A DNA stretch of 64,000 nt from Methanobacteriota archaeon (GCA_002708385.1 PANM01000013.1:87359-151358); one strand, 5' to 3'. Positions 18,898 to 28,687 are shown, counted from the first letter of the stretch. The notes: generated by a model from the letters alone, not told the origin. A program made the numbers and translations.

Positions 18898-19755
18898 CTA
18901 ATCTGAGTATACCTGACCCATCTGTTGGAACATATTGAATCCTTCTGATTGCACGAACTCATTTATCTTGTCGTCGGGTAAGTCCCCTAGAACCCTGTTT
19001 ATCATAGTGAAGAACTCTTTTCGAGTGGATTCATCCATGGATTCAGGATTTGCACCAACTTTCTGGAATAATTCAAAGTCAACAGACTGAATGAATGAGT
19101 TAACAAATTCATCTGGCATATTACCTAATAGATCGTTAACTATAGAAAAGAATTCTGGGAATAAATCCTGACTTGTTTTGTCTCTTTCGATAGATTCCTG
19201 GTTTTCTGAAATATCTTCAGTTTCCGATGTGGTTTTTGGTACAGCCTTAGCTTTTGCAACAGGTTTTGCTTTCGCGACCGGCTTAGCCTGCGGAATCTCA
19301 TCTGTATCGGATTCTGGTGATGAAATGAGTTCAACAGTTGGTTTAATGTCGCGCATTTCTTTTTGTTGCTTCTTCCTCAAGACAATAATTTCTCTATCTA
19401 ATTCAGAACCAAATCTATCTGTAAATCTATCCAATAGAGTTCCAACCTCCCCAGTGGCGATTCGGTCTATATGACCATACATTTGGTCTCTTTTATCAGC
19501 AGATAATGCAGGATTTTCCATCTTACGTTTTTGCCAAGCACTTTGGAAATCATCTGGTTCATCACTTTCTACTTGTTCCAATTCTACCGGAGTCTCACTA
19601 GGAATATCGATACCCGGAGGTGGAGGAGGGGATGAAACATCATTTTCATTAGAATCTCCTTGATTAGAATCCGATATTGGCGGTGGAATAGGTAGTCCAG
19701 GAGGTGGCGGTGGAAGCGGAAGTTCATCCCAGTTTTCTTCATCGCCGTCAGACAA
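18898..19755 (-). CDS. hypothetical acidic Pro-rich protein with duplicated C-terminal module
   Basis: poly-Pro runs, AKPVAK repeats, two ~35-aa repeats. Confidence 0.7.
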   Translation of the reverse strand: MSDGDEENWDELPLPPPPPGLPIPPPISDSNQGDSNENDVSSPPPPPGIDIPSETPVELEQVESDEPDDFQSAWQKRKMENPALSADKRDQMYGHIDRIATGEVGTLLDRFTDRFGSELDREIIVLRKKQQKEMRDIKPTVELISSPESDTDEIPQAKPVAKAKPVAKAKAVPKTTSETEDISENQESIERDKTSQDLFPEFFSIVNDLLGNMPDEFVNSFIQSVDFELFQKVGANPESMDESTRKEFFTMINRVLGDLPDDKINEFVQSEGFNMFQQMGQVYSD

Positions 19756-19831
19756 GGTTACACCCCGGTGAACACAGGTAAAATGGACCTACTATTCAAT
19801 ATTCTCCAAATACGAGTAAGAAAGGTAGGAG

Positions 19832-21025
19832 TCAGTTAGAGATTCGTTTTGCCCAACCTTTCAAACATAGGAAAATTGCGAGTGCTTCAGAAACCTCGTA
19901 AATTTCACCTGTTGAACCAGATATTTCACGCCCCCCTAGGCTTGCAGTCACATCGTCAATTAGGAATTCAACCATTGTTTTATTGTCCTGGCTGAAGACT
20001 ATAGACTCAGTTAGAGGATCGAAGGGATTTGAACCATCAGGATCTAACCTATCAAATGGAATTTCTGTTACTCTTAATCCACACTTGCCATGCAAGCTTC
20101 CAAGATGCCGAATTACACGTTTGACATCAACTGTGACGTTTTCATCAGTTTCACCGGCGGTACCTAATACTACTGATTTATCTAACTTAACTAATTCCCA
20201 AAATATATCAGTATCTTTACCAAATACTGCCAAATTGTGGTCTTTGGACAACCTAGCGAGTCTATCTTCTATCAGAGTTCCTTCCGCCAATCGAGATATT
20301 CGATTTACGCTTACATTTCGATTTGATGGGCTAGAATTCAATAGATCATAAAATTCGTCGATATATTTGCTGGAATCAGTTTCTTTATTCCCAATAGTAG
20401 ATAATTTGGAAAGTACACTTTGCATACCAATATCCATTCTATCCCTCCAACCACTATTTCCGCCAGCTAAAATAGCCCCTACTTCCAAACCCTCACCACG
20501 AATGTAGGAAACAATTTCTCTCCTGGCATTGGAATCTAAACCCATCATCAATGGGTCTCTTACATGAATGTGGAATCCTCTATGACCCGAGAATGTGAAT
20601 TGTGCAAACTGTTTTTGCATTCCAAATTCTGGTTCTAGAAAATCATTCCATAGACTCCAAGCTTGTTCCTGGATCAGATTAATCATGGTGGGGAAGTCAG
20701 CATCAGACACTCCAGGTAAGTGATCTCCATCCAAATCAAAAATAAGATCTGCACCCAACCAGTTTTTGTCTACCATTTTCCTTTCTAGTGGATGTTTGTA
20801 GTAGGCCGTACTGTGAAAGCAAGAGTGAGGTCCTCTTTGTTGCAGATAGGCTAGGAGAGATTCTTCGGTACTAAATGCTCTGTGTCTATCTACCGGTTTA
20901 TCACCCCATTGAATAAACATCCATTCACGATTACGTAATCGAGGTGGTGTCCATATATCAGTAGGTTGCAGAGAGTTGTAGTACCTTGAGAATCTCAAGG
21001 CGAACCTACTCCAACCCTCAGCCAC
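19832..21025 (-). CDS. priS: DNA primase small (catalytic) subunit
   Basis: REW, STAYY, WLGADLIFDLDGDH, FSGHRGFH, D..VTVDVKRVIR..GSLHGK. Confidence 0.94.
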   Translation of the reverse strand: MAEGWSRFALRFSRYYNSLQPTDIWTPPRLRNREWMFIQWGDKPVDRHRAFSTEESLLAYLQQRGPHSCFHSTAYYKHPLERKMVDKNWLGADLIFDLDGDHLPGVSDADFPTMINLIQEQAWSLWNDFLEPEFGMQKQFAQFTFSGHRGFHIHVRDPLMMGLDSNARREIVSYIRGEGLEVGAILAGGNSGWRDRMDIGMQSVLSKLSTIGNKETDSSKYIDEFYDLLNSSPSNRNVSVNRISRLAEGTLIEDRLARLSKDHNLAVFGKDTDIFWELVKLDKSVVLGTAGETDENVTVDVKRVIRHLGSLHGKCGLRVTEIPFDRLDPDGSNPFDPLTESIVFSQDNKTMVEFLIDDVTASLGGREISGSTGEIYEVSEALAIFLCLKGWAKRISN

Positions 21026-21085
21026 AACTCAAGGAAAAGGGGGGGGCTGATGAATACAACGTAATGAGAGGGTCTGAATAATCAT

Positions 21086-21280
21086 TCAATCTAGATCTAA
21101 ATCACCGACTTCTTTACCTTCAGTCGATGGGGATGCCCCAGTTTTCTCTATGTATGCCTCTATACAAAGATAATCGCCGTCCAATACAATTGCTTCGCCA
21201 AATGTCAATGCTTTACCTGTAACTGCACAAACGGGGCCTAATTGTCCTGATGCAGTAGATAGTTTGGAAGCGTCTGGCAT
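21086..21280 (-). CDS. small hypothetical protein (64 aa)
   Basis: ATG at 21280 with promoter-like box 30 nt upstream; CAVTG...YLCIEAY. Confidence 0.6.
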   Translation of the reverse strand: MPDASKLSTASGQLGPVCAVTGKALTFGEAIVLDGDYLCIEAYIEKTGASPSTEGKEVGDLDLD

Positions 21281-21372
21281 GAATATGGGCAGTTGTAATT
21301 CCTTCTTGATACTTACCTTTGTTCTGATTGAATAATACAAGCGGTTTATTACTAGTTTGCCACGGGCCAAAC

Positions 21373-22230
21373 ATGGACACAGATTCACAGCATATTCGCA
21401 TAGGCCATTCGCCAGACCCAGATGACGCATTCATGTTCTATGCTCTCACCACAGGTGTATTGGATACTCCCGGAAGGGAATATGAGCATGTATTGTTAGA
21501 TATCCAGACATTGAACGAAAAAGCATTGAATAAAGAATACGAAATTTCTGCTGTGAGCATTCATTCATTCCCAAAAATTATCGAAAATTACGCCTTGATG
21601 AATTGTGGAGCGTCTATGGGTGAAGGATACGGTCCTATGTTGATTGCAAATCAGGAATTTACTGTAGATGAAGCCAGATCCAAAACCATAGCAATTCCTG
21701 GTCTTGACACATCTGCTTACCTAGCACTAAGATTGGCATGGGGAGATGTCAACGTAGAGGTGGTTCCATTCGATGAAATTCTCCCCTCCGTTGTTGCCGG
21801 AAGGTTTGATGTGGGACTAATTATTCATGAAGGACAACTTACTTGGAAGGATGAGGGTGTTTATCTCATTCAGGATATGGGTGTATTGTGGAATGAAAAG
21901 ACAGGATTGCCATTACCACTGGGGGGAAATGTTGTACGACGTGATCTTGGAGAGGATTTATGCAAAATGTTATCTGATGATGTTAAACGATCAATCAAAC
22001 ATTCTATAGAAAACCCAGATTTAGCCTTAGAATTCGCAAAAAAATGGGGTCGAGGAATAGACGATGATACAAATCGAGAATTTGTACAAATGTATGTCAA
22101 CGATCGGACTTTGGACTATGGTGAATCGGGGAGAAAAGCAGTTAGATTATTTCTTTCAGAAGGACAAAAAATTGGCATGGTAGACCCTAATCTAGACACA
22201 GATGGTATCGAATTCATCGGGGCTGAATAA
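21373..22230 (+). CDS. mqnD: 1,4-dihydroxy-6-naphthoate synthase (futalosine pathway)
   Basis: GHSPDPDDAFMFYA, DIQTLN, GLIIHEGQLT, LPLPLGG, MYVN. Confidence 0.92.
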   Translation: MDTDSQHIRIGHSPDPDDAFMFYALTTGVLDTPGREYEHVLLDIQTLNEKALNKEYEISAVSIHSFPKIIENYALMNCGASMGEGYGPMLIANQEFTVDEARSKTIAIPGLDTSAYLALRLAWGDVNVEVVPFDEILPSVVAGRFDVGLIIHEGQLTWKDEGVYLIQDMGVLWNEKTGLPLPLGGNVVRRDLGEDLCKMLSDDVKRSIKHSIENPDLALEFAKKWGRGIDDDTNREFVQMYVNDRTLDYGESGRKAVRLFLSEGQKIGMVDPNLDTDGIEFIGAE

Positions 22231-22710
22231 ATGACGGAAAACATACCAGAAAGATCCGAGTTTGACTCCGTTGATCCAGCACCTCCAAGTGATGGAAATA
22301 ACGTCTCGAATCTACGAAATACTCTTTGTGATGAAAATGAAAAAATGTTTCAAAGAATGCGGGCCTTATTTGCCCTTAGGAATATTGGTGGGAAAGAATC
22401 TGTTGATGCTCTGGCTGCCGCATACAGGTCTAAATCGGCATTGTTGAAACATGAGATAGCATATGTGATGGGCCAAATGCAGGATACTAATGCCGTACCT
22501 CACCTGATTGATAGATTGGAAGATAAAGATGAGGATATTATGGTGAGACATGAAGCTGCGGAAGCATTGGGTGCAATTGGCGATAGAACTGCTTTGTCTG
22601 TCCTAGAAAAATTCGTAAATGATGATGAAGTAGTCATCGCAGAATCATGTGAAGTAGCTCTAGATTTGTTGGAATGGGTAGCTAGTAAGAGATTGGATTA
22701 TTCGGATTAA
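22231..22710 (+). CDS. half-size deoxyhypusine hydroxylase-like HEAT-repeat protein
   Basis: SVDPAPP, RALFALRN, SALLKHEIAY, GQMQD, MVRHEAAEALGAIG, ESCEVALD; two HE motifs 33 aa apart. Confidence 0.8.
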   Translation: MTENIPERSEFDSVDPAPPSDGNNVSNLRNTLCDENEKMFQRMRALFALRNIGGKESVDALAAAYRSKSALLKHEIAYVMGQMQDTNAVPHLIDRLEDKDEDIMVRHEAAEALGAIGDRTALSVLEKFVNDDEVVIAESCEVALDLLEWVASKRLDYSD

Positions 22711-23507
22711 ATCTCTAAGTTAGCCCAAGTTGGTTCTTCAGATATCTGACAAACCTCCTTTAGGAATTTTGAAAGACCTTTATGAGATTCTTCATCTAAT
22801 GTATTTCTTACCTCGTTATCGAAGTAATGCTGCATTCGTATTTTATCAATACCTGTAGATGAAGATGATTGCTCAATTACCAATGATTTTTTTGTTGGAA
22901 TGGTATTAAATTCTTCATAATTCTGTAATAAATCAGCATGTATAGCCGATATTTGGCTGATCGGTGCATCTTTTCGGCAAGCAAATACACCAAAGACCAT
23001 AGGTAATTTGGTAACTTTGGTCCATTCCCCCCCTAAATCTAAACAAACTAATTCAGGATAATTTTCAGCTGCATTTAATGCCCTGTCTCCGATTAGTAAC
23101 GCCCCATCGCATGTGGCTAACATAGAATCTAAGTCAGGGCCGGTTTCAATACATTTTGGATCTAGTCCTTTGTGTTCAAGTAGCCATCGTAAAAGGACCT
23201 TAGAAGTGGAAGAATCTGAAGGTAATGCTATATCTCGCATATCGGTTAAATCTCTACTTCCAAAAAGAATAACCGAACCAACAGCACCCATAGCAACTAT
23301 TCCAAGATTAGGTAGTAACATCAATTCATCTTGGTGTTTAGCATAATCAGCTGCCGGTATGGGTGCCGTTAGACAATCTCTCCTTAGCACGTGACCTGTT
23401 AACCACGCAGGAGGCGCTGATAGGATTGTCCATTTAGAATTTAAACCATGGAAAAGGGGGTCGCAATTAGTAAAAGCAACTCTTCCAATTACATTCGTCC
23501 AAGCCAT
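22707..23507 (-). CDS. mqnA: chorismate dehydratase (futalosine pathway)
   Basis: IG.V.F.N..PL, GAVGSV, SSTS, ALLIGDRAL, DLG.EW...T.LPMVFGVF. Confidence 0.9.
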   Translation of the reverse strand: MAWTNVIGRVAFTNCDPLFHGLNSKWTILSAPPAWLTGHVLRRDCLTAPIPAADYAKHQDELMLLPNLGIVAMGAVGSVILFGSRDLTDMRDIALPSDSSTSKVLLRWLLEHKGLDPKCIETGPDLDSMLATCDGALLIGDRALNAAENYPELVCLDLGGEWTKVTKLPMVFGVFACRKDAPISQISAIHADLLQNYEEFNTIPTKKSLVIEQSSSSTGIDKIRMQHYFDNEVRNTLDEESHKGLSKFLKEVCQISEEPTWANLEI

Positions 23508-23518
23508 AATCTGACACC

Positions 23519-24745
23519 TTATACTAATAGCGGAAGAGAAGTGGATTTAGTAACTTGAACATTTTCTATGTTAAATTTGGAATAAACTGTGTTTCTTCTT
23601 ACTGCTATTTGCCCTGTTTCATGTATTAATCGGATTAAATCCTGATTACTCGAATCTAAAGCAGTTGTACTACCTGCTGAATGCATAATTTCTTCGTGAC
23701 CTACTGTTCCATCTATATCGTCGGCGCCTGAGAGAAGAGCTAATTGTGCAACATCGTCTCCAATATTCATTCTGTATGCTTTAATGTGCGGTATGTTATC
23801 TAGCATCAATCTAGAGATTGCAATCATCCTTAATATTTCATTGGAGCTAGCTAGTTGCGCTTCTGGCAAACGACTAAAATCTGGTAAAAATGGGTAGGGG
23901 ACAAAACATTGGAAGCCATTTGTTTCATCTTGTAATTGTCGAAGTAAATCTAAATGTACGATTCTATCTTGAATGGTTTCAATCGTACCAAATAACATAG
24001 TGCAATTAGTCGGTATGCCTAACGTATGTGCCTCCTTATGAATATTCAAATATTCATTACTGGATTCCTTGCCTCTACAAATTCTATCTCTAATCTTGTC
24101 GACAAGAATTTCCGCCCCACCACCAGGAATGGAATCCAATCCGGAATTCTTGAGGCGTTGTAATGTTTCTTTAACAGTTAAGTTAGACCTTTTTGATAGG
24201 TGTTTGATTTCAACTGCAGTAAGGGATTTAATATGTATATGCGGAAATTTCGTTTTGGCACTTCTGTAGAGGTCTTCATAATGAGTAATATCCCATACCG
24301 GATGTAGACCACCAACAGAGTGTACTTCATCAATACTAGAAGAAAAACGTTCGATTCTGTGAAGATATTCGTCTATGCTCAATTCATACGCTTCATCATG
24401 GCGTGGGCCTTTTCTAAATGCACAAAATCGACATGCTAAAACACAAATGTTTGTGGTATTTACGTGTAGATTTTGATTAAAATAAATTTGATTATCAAAT
24501 CTAGATTGTTTGACCATGTTAGCCAGTGTAAATAGCGAATTAATGTTGGTAACAGAATACAGTGCCTTCCCCAAATTTGGTTTAATCCGGCCTTCTTCAA
24601 TTAACGAATTTAAGGCTCTCAATAGTGTTGGATTATTAGAAATAGAGGTAGGAATTGGCATAATGCTAAGTCGATTTCTCCAATTCAAATCCCCTCCGAG
24701 GGGAGCAGGATATGACTCTTGTGATGTATCCACAACACCCGCCAA
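23519..24745 (-). CDS. mqnE: aminofutalosine synthase, radical SAM (MqnE, CofH-like family)
   Basis: TNICVLACRFCAF, VGGLHP, PGGGAEI, LQDETNGF, PHIKAY; adjacent to mqnA/mqnD. Confidence 0.85.
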   Translation of the reverse strand: MAGVVDTSQESYPAPLGGDLNWRNRLSIMPIPTSISNNPTLLRALNSLIEEGRIKPNLGKALYSVTNINSLFTLANMVKQSRFDNQIYFNQNLHVNTTNICVLACRFCAFRKGPRHDEAYELSIDEYLHRIERFSSSIDEVHSVGGLHPVWDITHYEDLYRSAKTKFPHIHIKSLTAVEIKHLSKRSNLTVKETLQRLKNSGLDSIPGGGAEILVDKIRDRICRGKESSNEYLNIHKEAHTLGIPTNCTMLFGTIETIQDRIVHLDLLRQLQDETNGFQCFVPYPFLPDFSRLPEAQLASSNEILRMIAISRLMLDNIPHIKAYRMNIGDDVAQLALLSGADDIDGTVGHEEIMHSAGSTTALDSSNQDLIRLIHETGQIAVRRNTVYSKFNIENVQVTKSTSLPLLV

Positions 24746-24830
24746 ATTATCCTCTAACTTGAATCCATCTGTAATTTGTAGAAACCACTTGCCCGGAAAT
24801 CATCAAAGGCCCTTTTGACTACCCGAACAC

Positions 24831-25652
24831 GTGGAAGCCTCTAACCCGTCAATTGAAAGTTTAGAACAAACCGCAAATGAATGTAGAAAATCAATAATTC
24901 AAATGATCCACAAAGCGGGCGCCGGACATCCTGGTGGATCATTATCTGCGATCGATATTTTAGTTGCTCTTTATGGAACACAGATGAATTTTGACGTAAA
25001 TGACAGAAATTCTCCGACGCGTGATAGATTCATAATGAGTAAAGGCCATGCATCTCCGGCAGTATATTCTATTTTACACCAACATGGTTTCATTCAACAA
25101 TCAGATTTAGATGGTTTTAGAACACTTGGTTCAGTTTGTCAAGGCCACGTAGATATGAAATGGACTAATGGTGTAGATTTTTCAGCAGGCAGTCTCGGAA
25201 TGGGATTGTCATTCGGGATTGGTACTGCATTAGCAGCAAGATTGGACAATCGTTCCTACCAAACATGGGTTATGTTAGGTGATGGAGAAACTCAAGAAGG
25301 ACAAATTTGGGAGGCAATGATGGCTGCAAATTATCATGAATTGAATAATCTTCATGTGATTGTGGATCGGAATAGAATTCAAAATGATGATTTCGTAAAT
25401 GTACAAATGGAGGTTGGCGATTTAGCCTCAAAAATCAAATCTTTCGGTTGGGAAGTTAAGGAAATAGATGGGCATAACATGGAAGAAATTACAGAGGCAT
25501 TACAATGGTCATTGAATTCCACAAGACCATCTGCTATTGTAGCACATACCGTGAAAGGAAAAGGAGTATCATTCATGGAGGATAACCCATCTTTCCATGG
25601 TAAAGCTCCTAACGACACTGAATTAATTCAAGCACTGGAGGAGTTATCATGA
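24831..25652 (+). CDS. transketolase N-terminal subunit
   Basis: GHPGGSLS, RDRFIMSKGH, GSLGMG, GDGE..EG..WEA, TVKGKG. Confidence 0.94.
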   Translation: MEASNPSIESLEQTANECRKSIIQMIHKAGAGHPGGSLSAIDILVALYGTQMNFDVNDRNSPTRDRFIMSKGHASPAVYSILHQHGFIQQSDLDGFRTLGSVCQGHVDMKWTNGVDFSAGSLGMGLSFGIGTALAARLDNRSYQTWVMLGDGETQEGQIWEAMMAANYHELNNLHVIVDRNRIQNDDFVNVQMEVGDLASKIKSFGWEVKEIDGHNMEEITEALQWSLNSTRPSAIVAHTVKGKGVSFMEDNPSFHGKAPNDTELIQALEELS

Positions 25653-26593
25653 GCGCTCCATCAACTGGTGGGGCTAGCAGGGATGGGTATGGGAAAGCAT
25701 TGCTAAACATTGCCGATGACCCTAGAGTAGTAGTGATAGAAGCAGATTTAGGAAAATCTACCAAATCTTGCCTTTTTAGAGAAAAATACCCGGAAAGAAC
25801 CGTTTCCCTTGGTATAGCCGAACAAAATATGGTTTTGGTAGCCGCCGGCCTTGCATCATGTGGTAAAGTCCCCTTTGCGAGTACATTTGCAATTTTCACA
25901 GAACGAGCTTTCGAACAAGTTAGGAATGGATTAGCAAGACCGGGATTAGTGGCTCACATCTGTGGAAGTCATGGTGGAATTCATACTGGAACAGATGGTA
26001 GTAGTGCTCAATCAATCGAAGATCTCGCTCTTTACAGAACCATACCAAATATGACAGTCTTACACCCTAGTGATGATTTATCAGCTACTGAATTAACACA
26101 ACAATTACTAGACTACCACGAATCCTCCTACACAAGAACCGCCAGAAATAAGACTCCAAGAATCTACACAGAAAAAACTGTAAAATCCCTTCAGATAGGC
26201 AAGGGCACCATTCTATCCGAAGGAGATTCTGTCGCAATTATTGCAATAGGAGTTATGGTCCATAAAGCTCTGATGGCAGCTGAAAATCTTCGTAAAGAAG
26301 GCATTAATGTAACAGTTATCGATATGCATACTATCAAACCAATAGATACTGAATTATTGGATGATCTAGCCAATAATGTACAAGGAATAGTTACTGTGGA
26401 AGATCATTCAATTATTGGCGGATTGGGTTCTGCAGTTAGTGAATATCTTAGCGAAAATAATCCTACCCGAGTTGTTAAGATTGGAGTAGATGATAGGTTC
26501 GGAGAGAGCGGAGGCAGTGAAGAGTTACTGGAACTCGTAGGTTTGACCATTGAGAGTATTGAGTCCGCTGTAAGGTCAATCGTTGAATTATGA
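25649..26593 (+). CDS. transketolase C-terminal subunit
   Basis: ADL..ST, GIAEQNM, RAFEQVR, TVEDH.IIGGLGSAV, FGESG. Confidence 0.93.
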   Translation: MSAPSTGGASRDGYGKALLNIADDPRVVVIEADLGKSTKSCLFREKYPERTVSLGIAEQNMVLVAAGLASCGKVPFASTFAIFTERAFEQVRNGLARPGLVAHICGSHGGIHTGTDGSSAQSIEDLALYRTIPNMTVLHPSDDLSATELTQQLLDYHESSYTRTARNKTPRIYTEKTVKSLQIGKGTILSEGDSVAIIAIGVMVHKALMAAENLRKEGINVTVIDMHTIKPIDTELLDDLANNVQGIVTVEDHSIIGGLGSAVSEYLSENNPTRVVKIGVDDRFGESGGSEELLELVGLTIESIESAVRSIVEL

Positions 26594-26651
26594 ATTGTAA
26601 GTACCACATAATTGGGTTTGATTCAAGAACAGAATGGATTGGGGATTGTCT

Positions 26652-27164
26652 GTGACCAGCCTAGATGAGGTCAAGAAACTCCTTGATGGGAAGGTAGATC
26701 CAGAAGGGTTGGAAATCAATTCTGAACTCTATGAAATGGCAGAATCGATTTATGGGAGAGAAGCATTGGAACAGATGGGAATAGACGCTCCCGCTAGACC
26801 TACAGATAGTATTGTACAACCTAATGGGAATGCTAAACATGAAGTACAAATGCCCGTAGAACCAATTCCTCAACCTGAAATACCCCCTCCAAAACCAAAA
26901 AAACGTTCATGGTGGATCTTTATCCCATCGTTAATAATCACAATTACAATAATAGTAAATTTCGTGAGAGGGATAGGATGGATATTGCCATTATGCGACC
27001 CTCCTAATAGCGGAACAGTATGTCAGGATAAACTAATCTTGACGAGGATCATAGAATATCAATCTCCAGATTCATGGAGTCAGACAATGCAATTGGAACT
27101 CCTCGAAGTTGGAATTTCATCCTTTTTACTCATTGTAATGTTATTTTCAATAAGAAAAAGATAA
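26652..27164 (+). CDS. hypothetical two-TM membrane protein (GTG start at 26652 preferred)
   Basis: Two hydrophobic segments flanking a Cys pair; TTCAAG 30 nt upstream of the GTG. Confidence 0.65.
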   Translation: MTSLDEVKKLLDGKVDPEGLEINSELYEMAESIYGREALEQMGIDAPARPTDSIVQPNGNAKHEVQMPVEPIPQPEIPPPKPKKRSWWIFIPSLIITITIIVNFVRGIGWILPLCDPPNSGTVCQDKLILTRIIEYQSPDSWSQTMQLELLEVGISSFLLIVMLFSIRKR

Positions 27165-27166
27165 TT

Positions 27167-28687
27167 TTAGTACATTCTAGCTAAATGTTGTTTATTTGTT
27201 GTCATTTTTCCAGTTACTACACATGGTTGTGGTTCTGAATATGGTTCGGAACAATCACCTAAAAATGTCAGCCCAGTTGCTTTTTCTAAAATTTCTGCAT
27301 GAGAGTCATTCCCATCGAATGCAAATTCGTAAACCTTACCCTCTTCTAATGGAGAATTCAATTTCCATCCATTATCAGTTTCAGTTATTCCGGGGAATTT
27401 TACTACAAATTTCTTCATATGTTCACTAGACCGTTGTCTTAATTCAGACTCAATATCGCCTATTGCCTGTGAAACAATTTCCAGTAGTAGATTTGAATCA
27501 TGACTATCTTTTCCTCCCGTTCTTAATGTCATAACAAATTGACCAGATTTAAGGTCCCTTGGGCCTACTTCTATTCTAATGGGAACGCCTTTTATCTCCC
27601 AATCATAGTGTTTTGCGCCTGGACGTATATCTCTGTCATCAACCCTGACCCTATAACCATTAGAATGAAGTTGTTCTGCAATATTTTTGACTTTGAGGAT
27701 TACATTATCATCGAGATGTTCAGCTACTGGCATAATTACAATCTGAATTGGAGCCACTTTAGGAGGGAAAATCAAACCGGAATCATCACCATGCATACCA
27801 ACAATCGCCCCTAACATTCGCTCTGACATTCCAAATGTCGTTTGGTGACAAAATTTAGTCTCTCCATTTACATCTTCATACTTTAATTCGAAGGCTTTAG
27901 CCCATTGGTCTTTGTAATGATGGTATGTAGCAACTTGTAATGTTCTTCCATTTGGCATTACTACATCAACAGCATTGGAATACCAAGCACCAGGGAATGT
28001 ATCCCAAACTGGTCTTTTTGAAATCAAAGCTGGAAAACATAGGTCATGGAGTAGGTTCTGCACAATGATGGCATCTTCTTTGATTTGTGCATCTGCACCA
28101 GATTGATCTTTATGGGCTGTGTGTGCTTCGAAAAAGTGAATTTCTCTAACGCGAATAAATGATCTGGTTTGTTTTGTTTCATATCGGAAAGTATTCACAA
28201 TTTGGAACGTTTTCAATGGTAAATCACTGTGTGACCTTACCCAAAGTGGGAACATCGTATACATAGGGGTCTCACTAGTAGGCCTGAGAAACATGGGCAA
28301 ATCTAATTCATTCTCACCCGCATGTTTGACCCAATAGACTTCCTTCTTGAATCCAGCGTCATCCTCATCCAATCTGAGTTCACTGGGGTCTACTCCCTGT
28401 TCCCTAGCCATTTTTAATAAGGAAACCAGTTTGTTTTCTTTCTCCAGTAAATCTTCCGGAACCAAGAGAGGAAAGTTGTATTCTTCATGACCTGTTCGAT
28501 CCATTTCGGCTCTTGTAAGTCCGTCTATAAGCATCATAGCTTTCCAACCATATGGTTTCCAAACGTCCATTCCTTTGATTGGATACCTCTTGTCAACTAA
28601 GTCTGCTATTTCAACAATAGCGGGATACCAGAGGTTAAAATCTTCCTTTGAAGGAATGCCCCTCTTGGCCTTGTCGCGAGACGCCAT
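27167..28687 (-). CDS. proS: prolyl-tRNA synthetase (archaeal/eukaryotic type)
   Basis: LRPTSET, FRYETK.TR..IRVREI.FFEAHT, HGDD.GL..PP, C-terminal ARMY. Confidence 0.96.
   Translation of the reverse strand: MASRDKAKRGIPSKEDFNLWYPAIVEIADLVDKRYPIKGMDVWKPYGWKAMMLIDGLTRAEMDRTGHEEYNFPLLVPEDLLEKENKLVSLLKMAREQGVDPSELRLDEDDAGFKKEVYWVKHAGENELDLPMFLRPTSETPMYTMFPLWVRSHSDLPLKTFQIVNTFRYETKQTRSFIRVREIHFFEAHTAHKDQSGADAQIKEDAIIVQNLLHDLCFPALISKRPVWDTFPGAWYSNAVDVVMPNGRTLQVATYHHYKDQWAKAFELKYEDVNGETKFCHQTTFGMSERMLGAIVGMHGDDSGLIFPPKVAPIQIVIMPVAEHLDDNVILKVKNIAEQLHSNGYRVRVDDRDIRPGAKHYDWEIKGVPIRIEVGPRDLKSGQFVMTLRTGGKDSHDSNLLLEIVSQAIGDIESELRQRSSEHMKKFVVKFPGITETDNGWKLNSPLEEGKVYEFAFDGNDSHAEILEKATGLTFLGDCSEPYSEPQPCVVTGKMTTNKQHLARMY

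Noticed and set aside
21039-21046. G8 homopolymer upstream of priS as a phase-variation tract
   Set aside because: Short, upstream of an essential gene, and no evidence of length variation from one sequence
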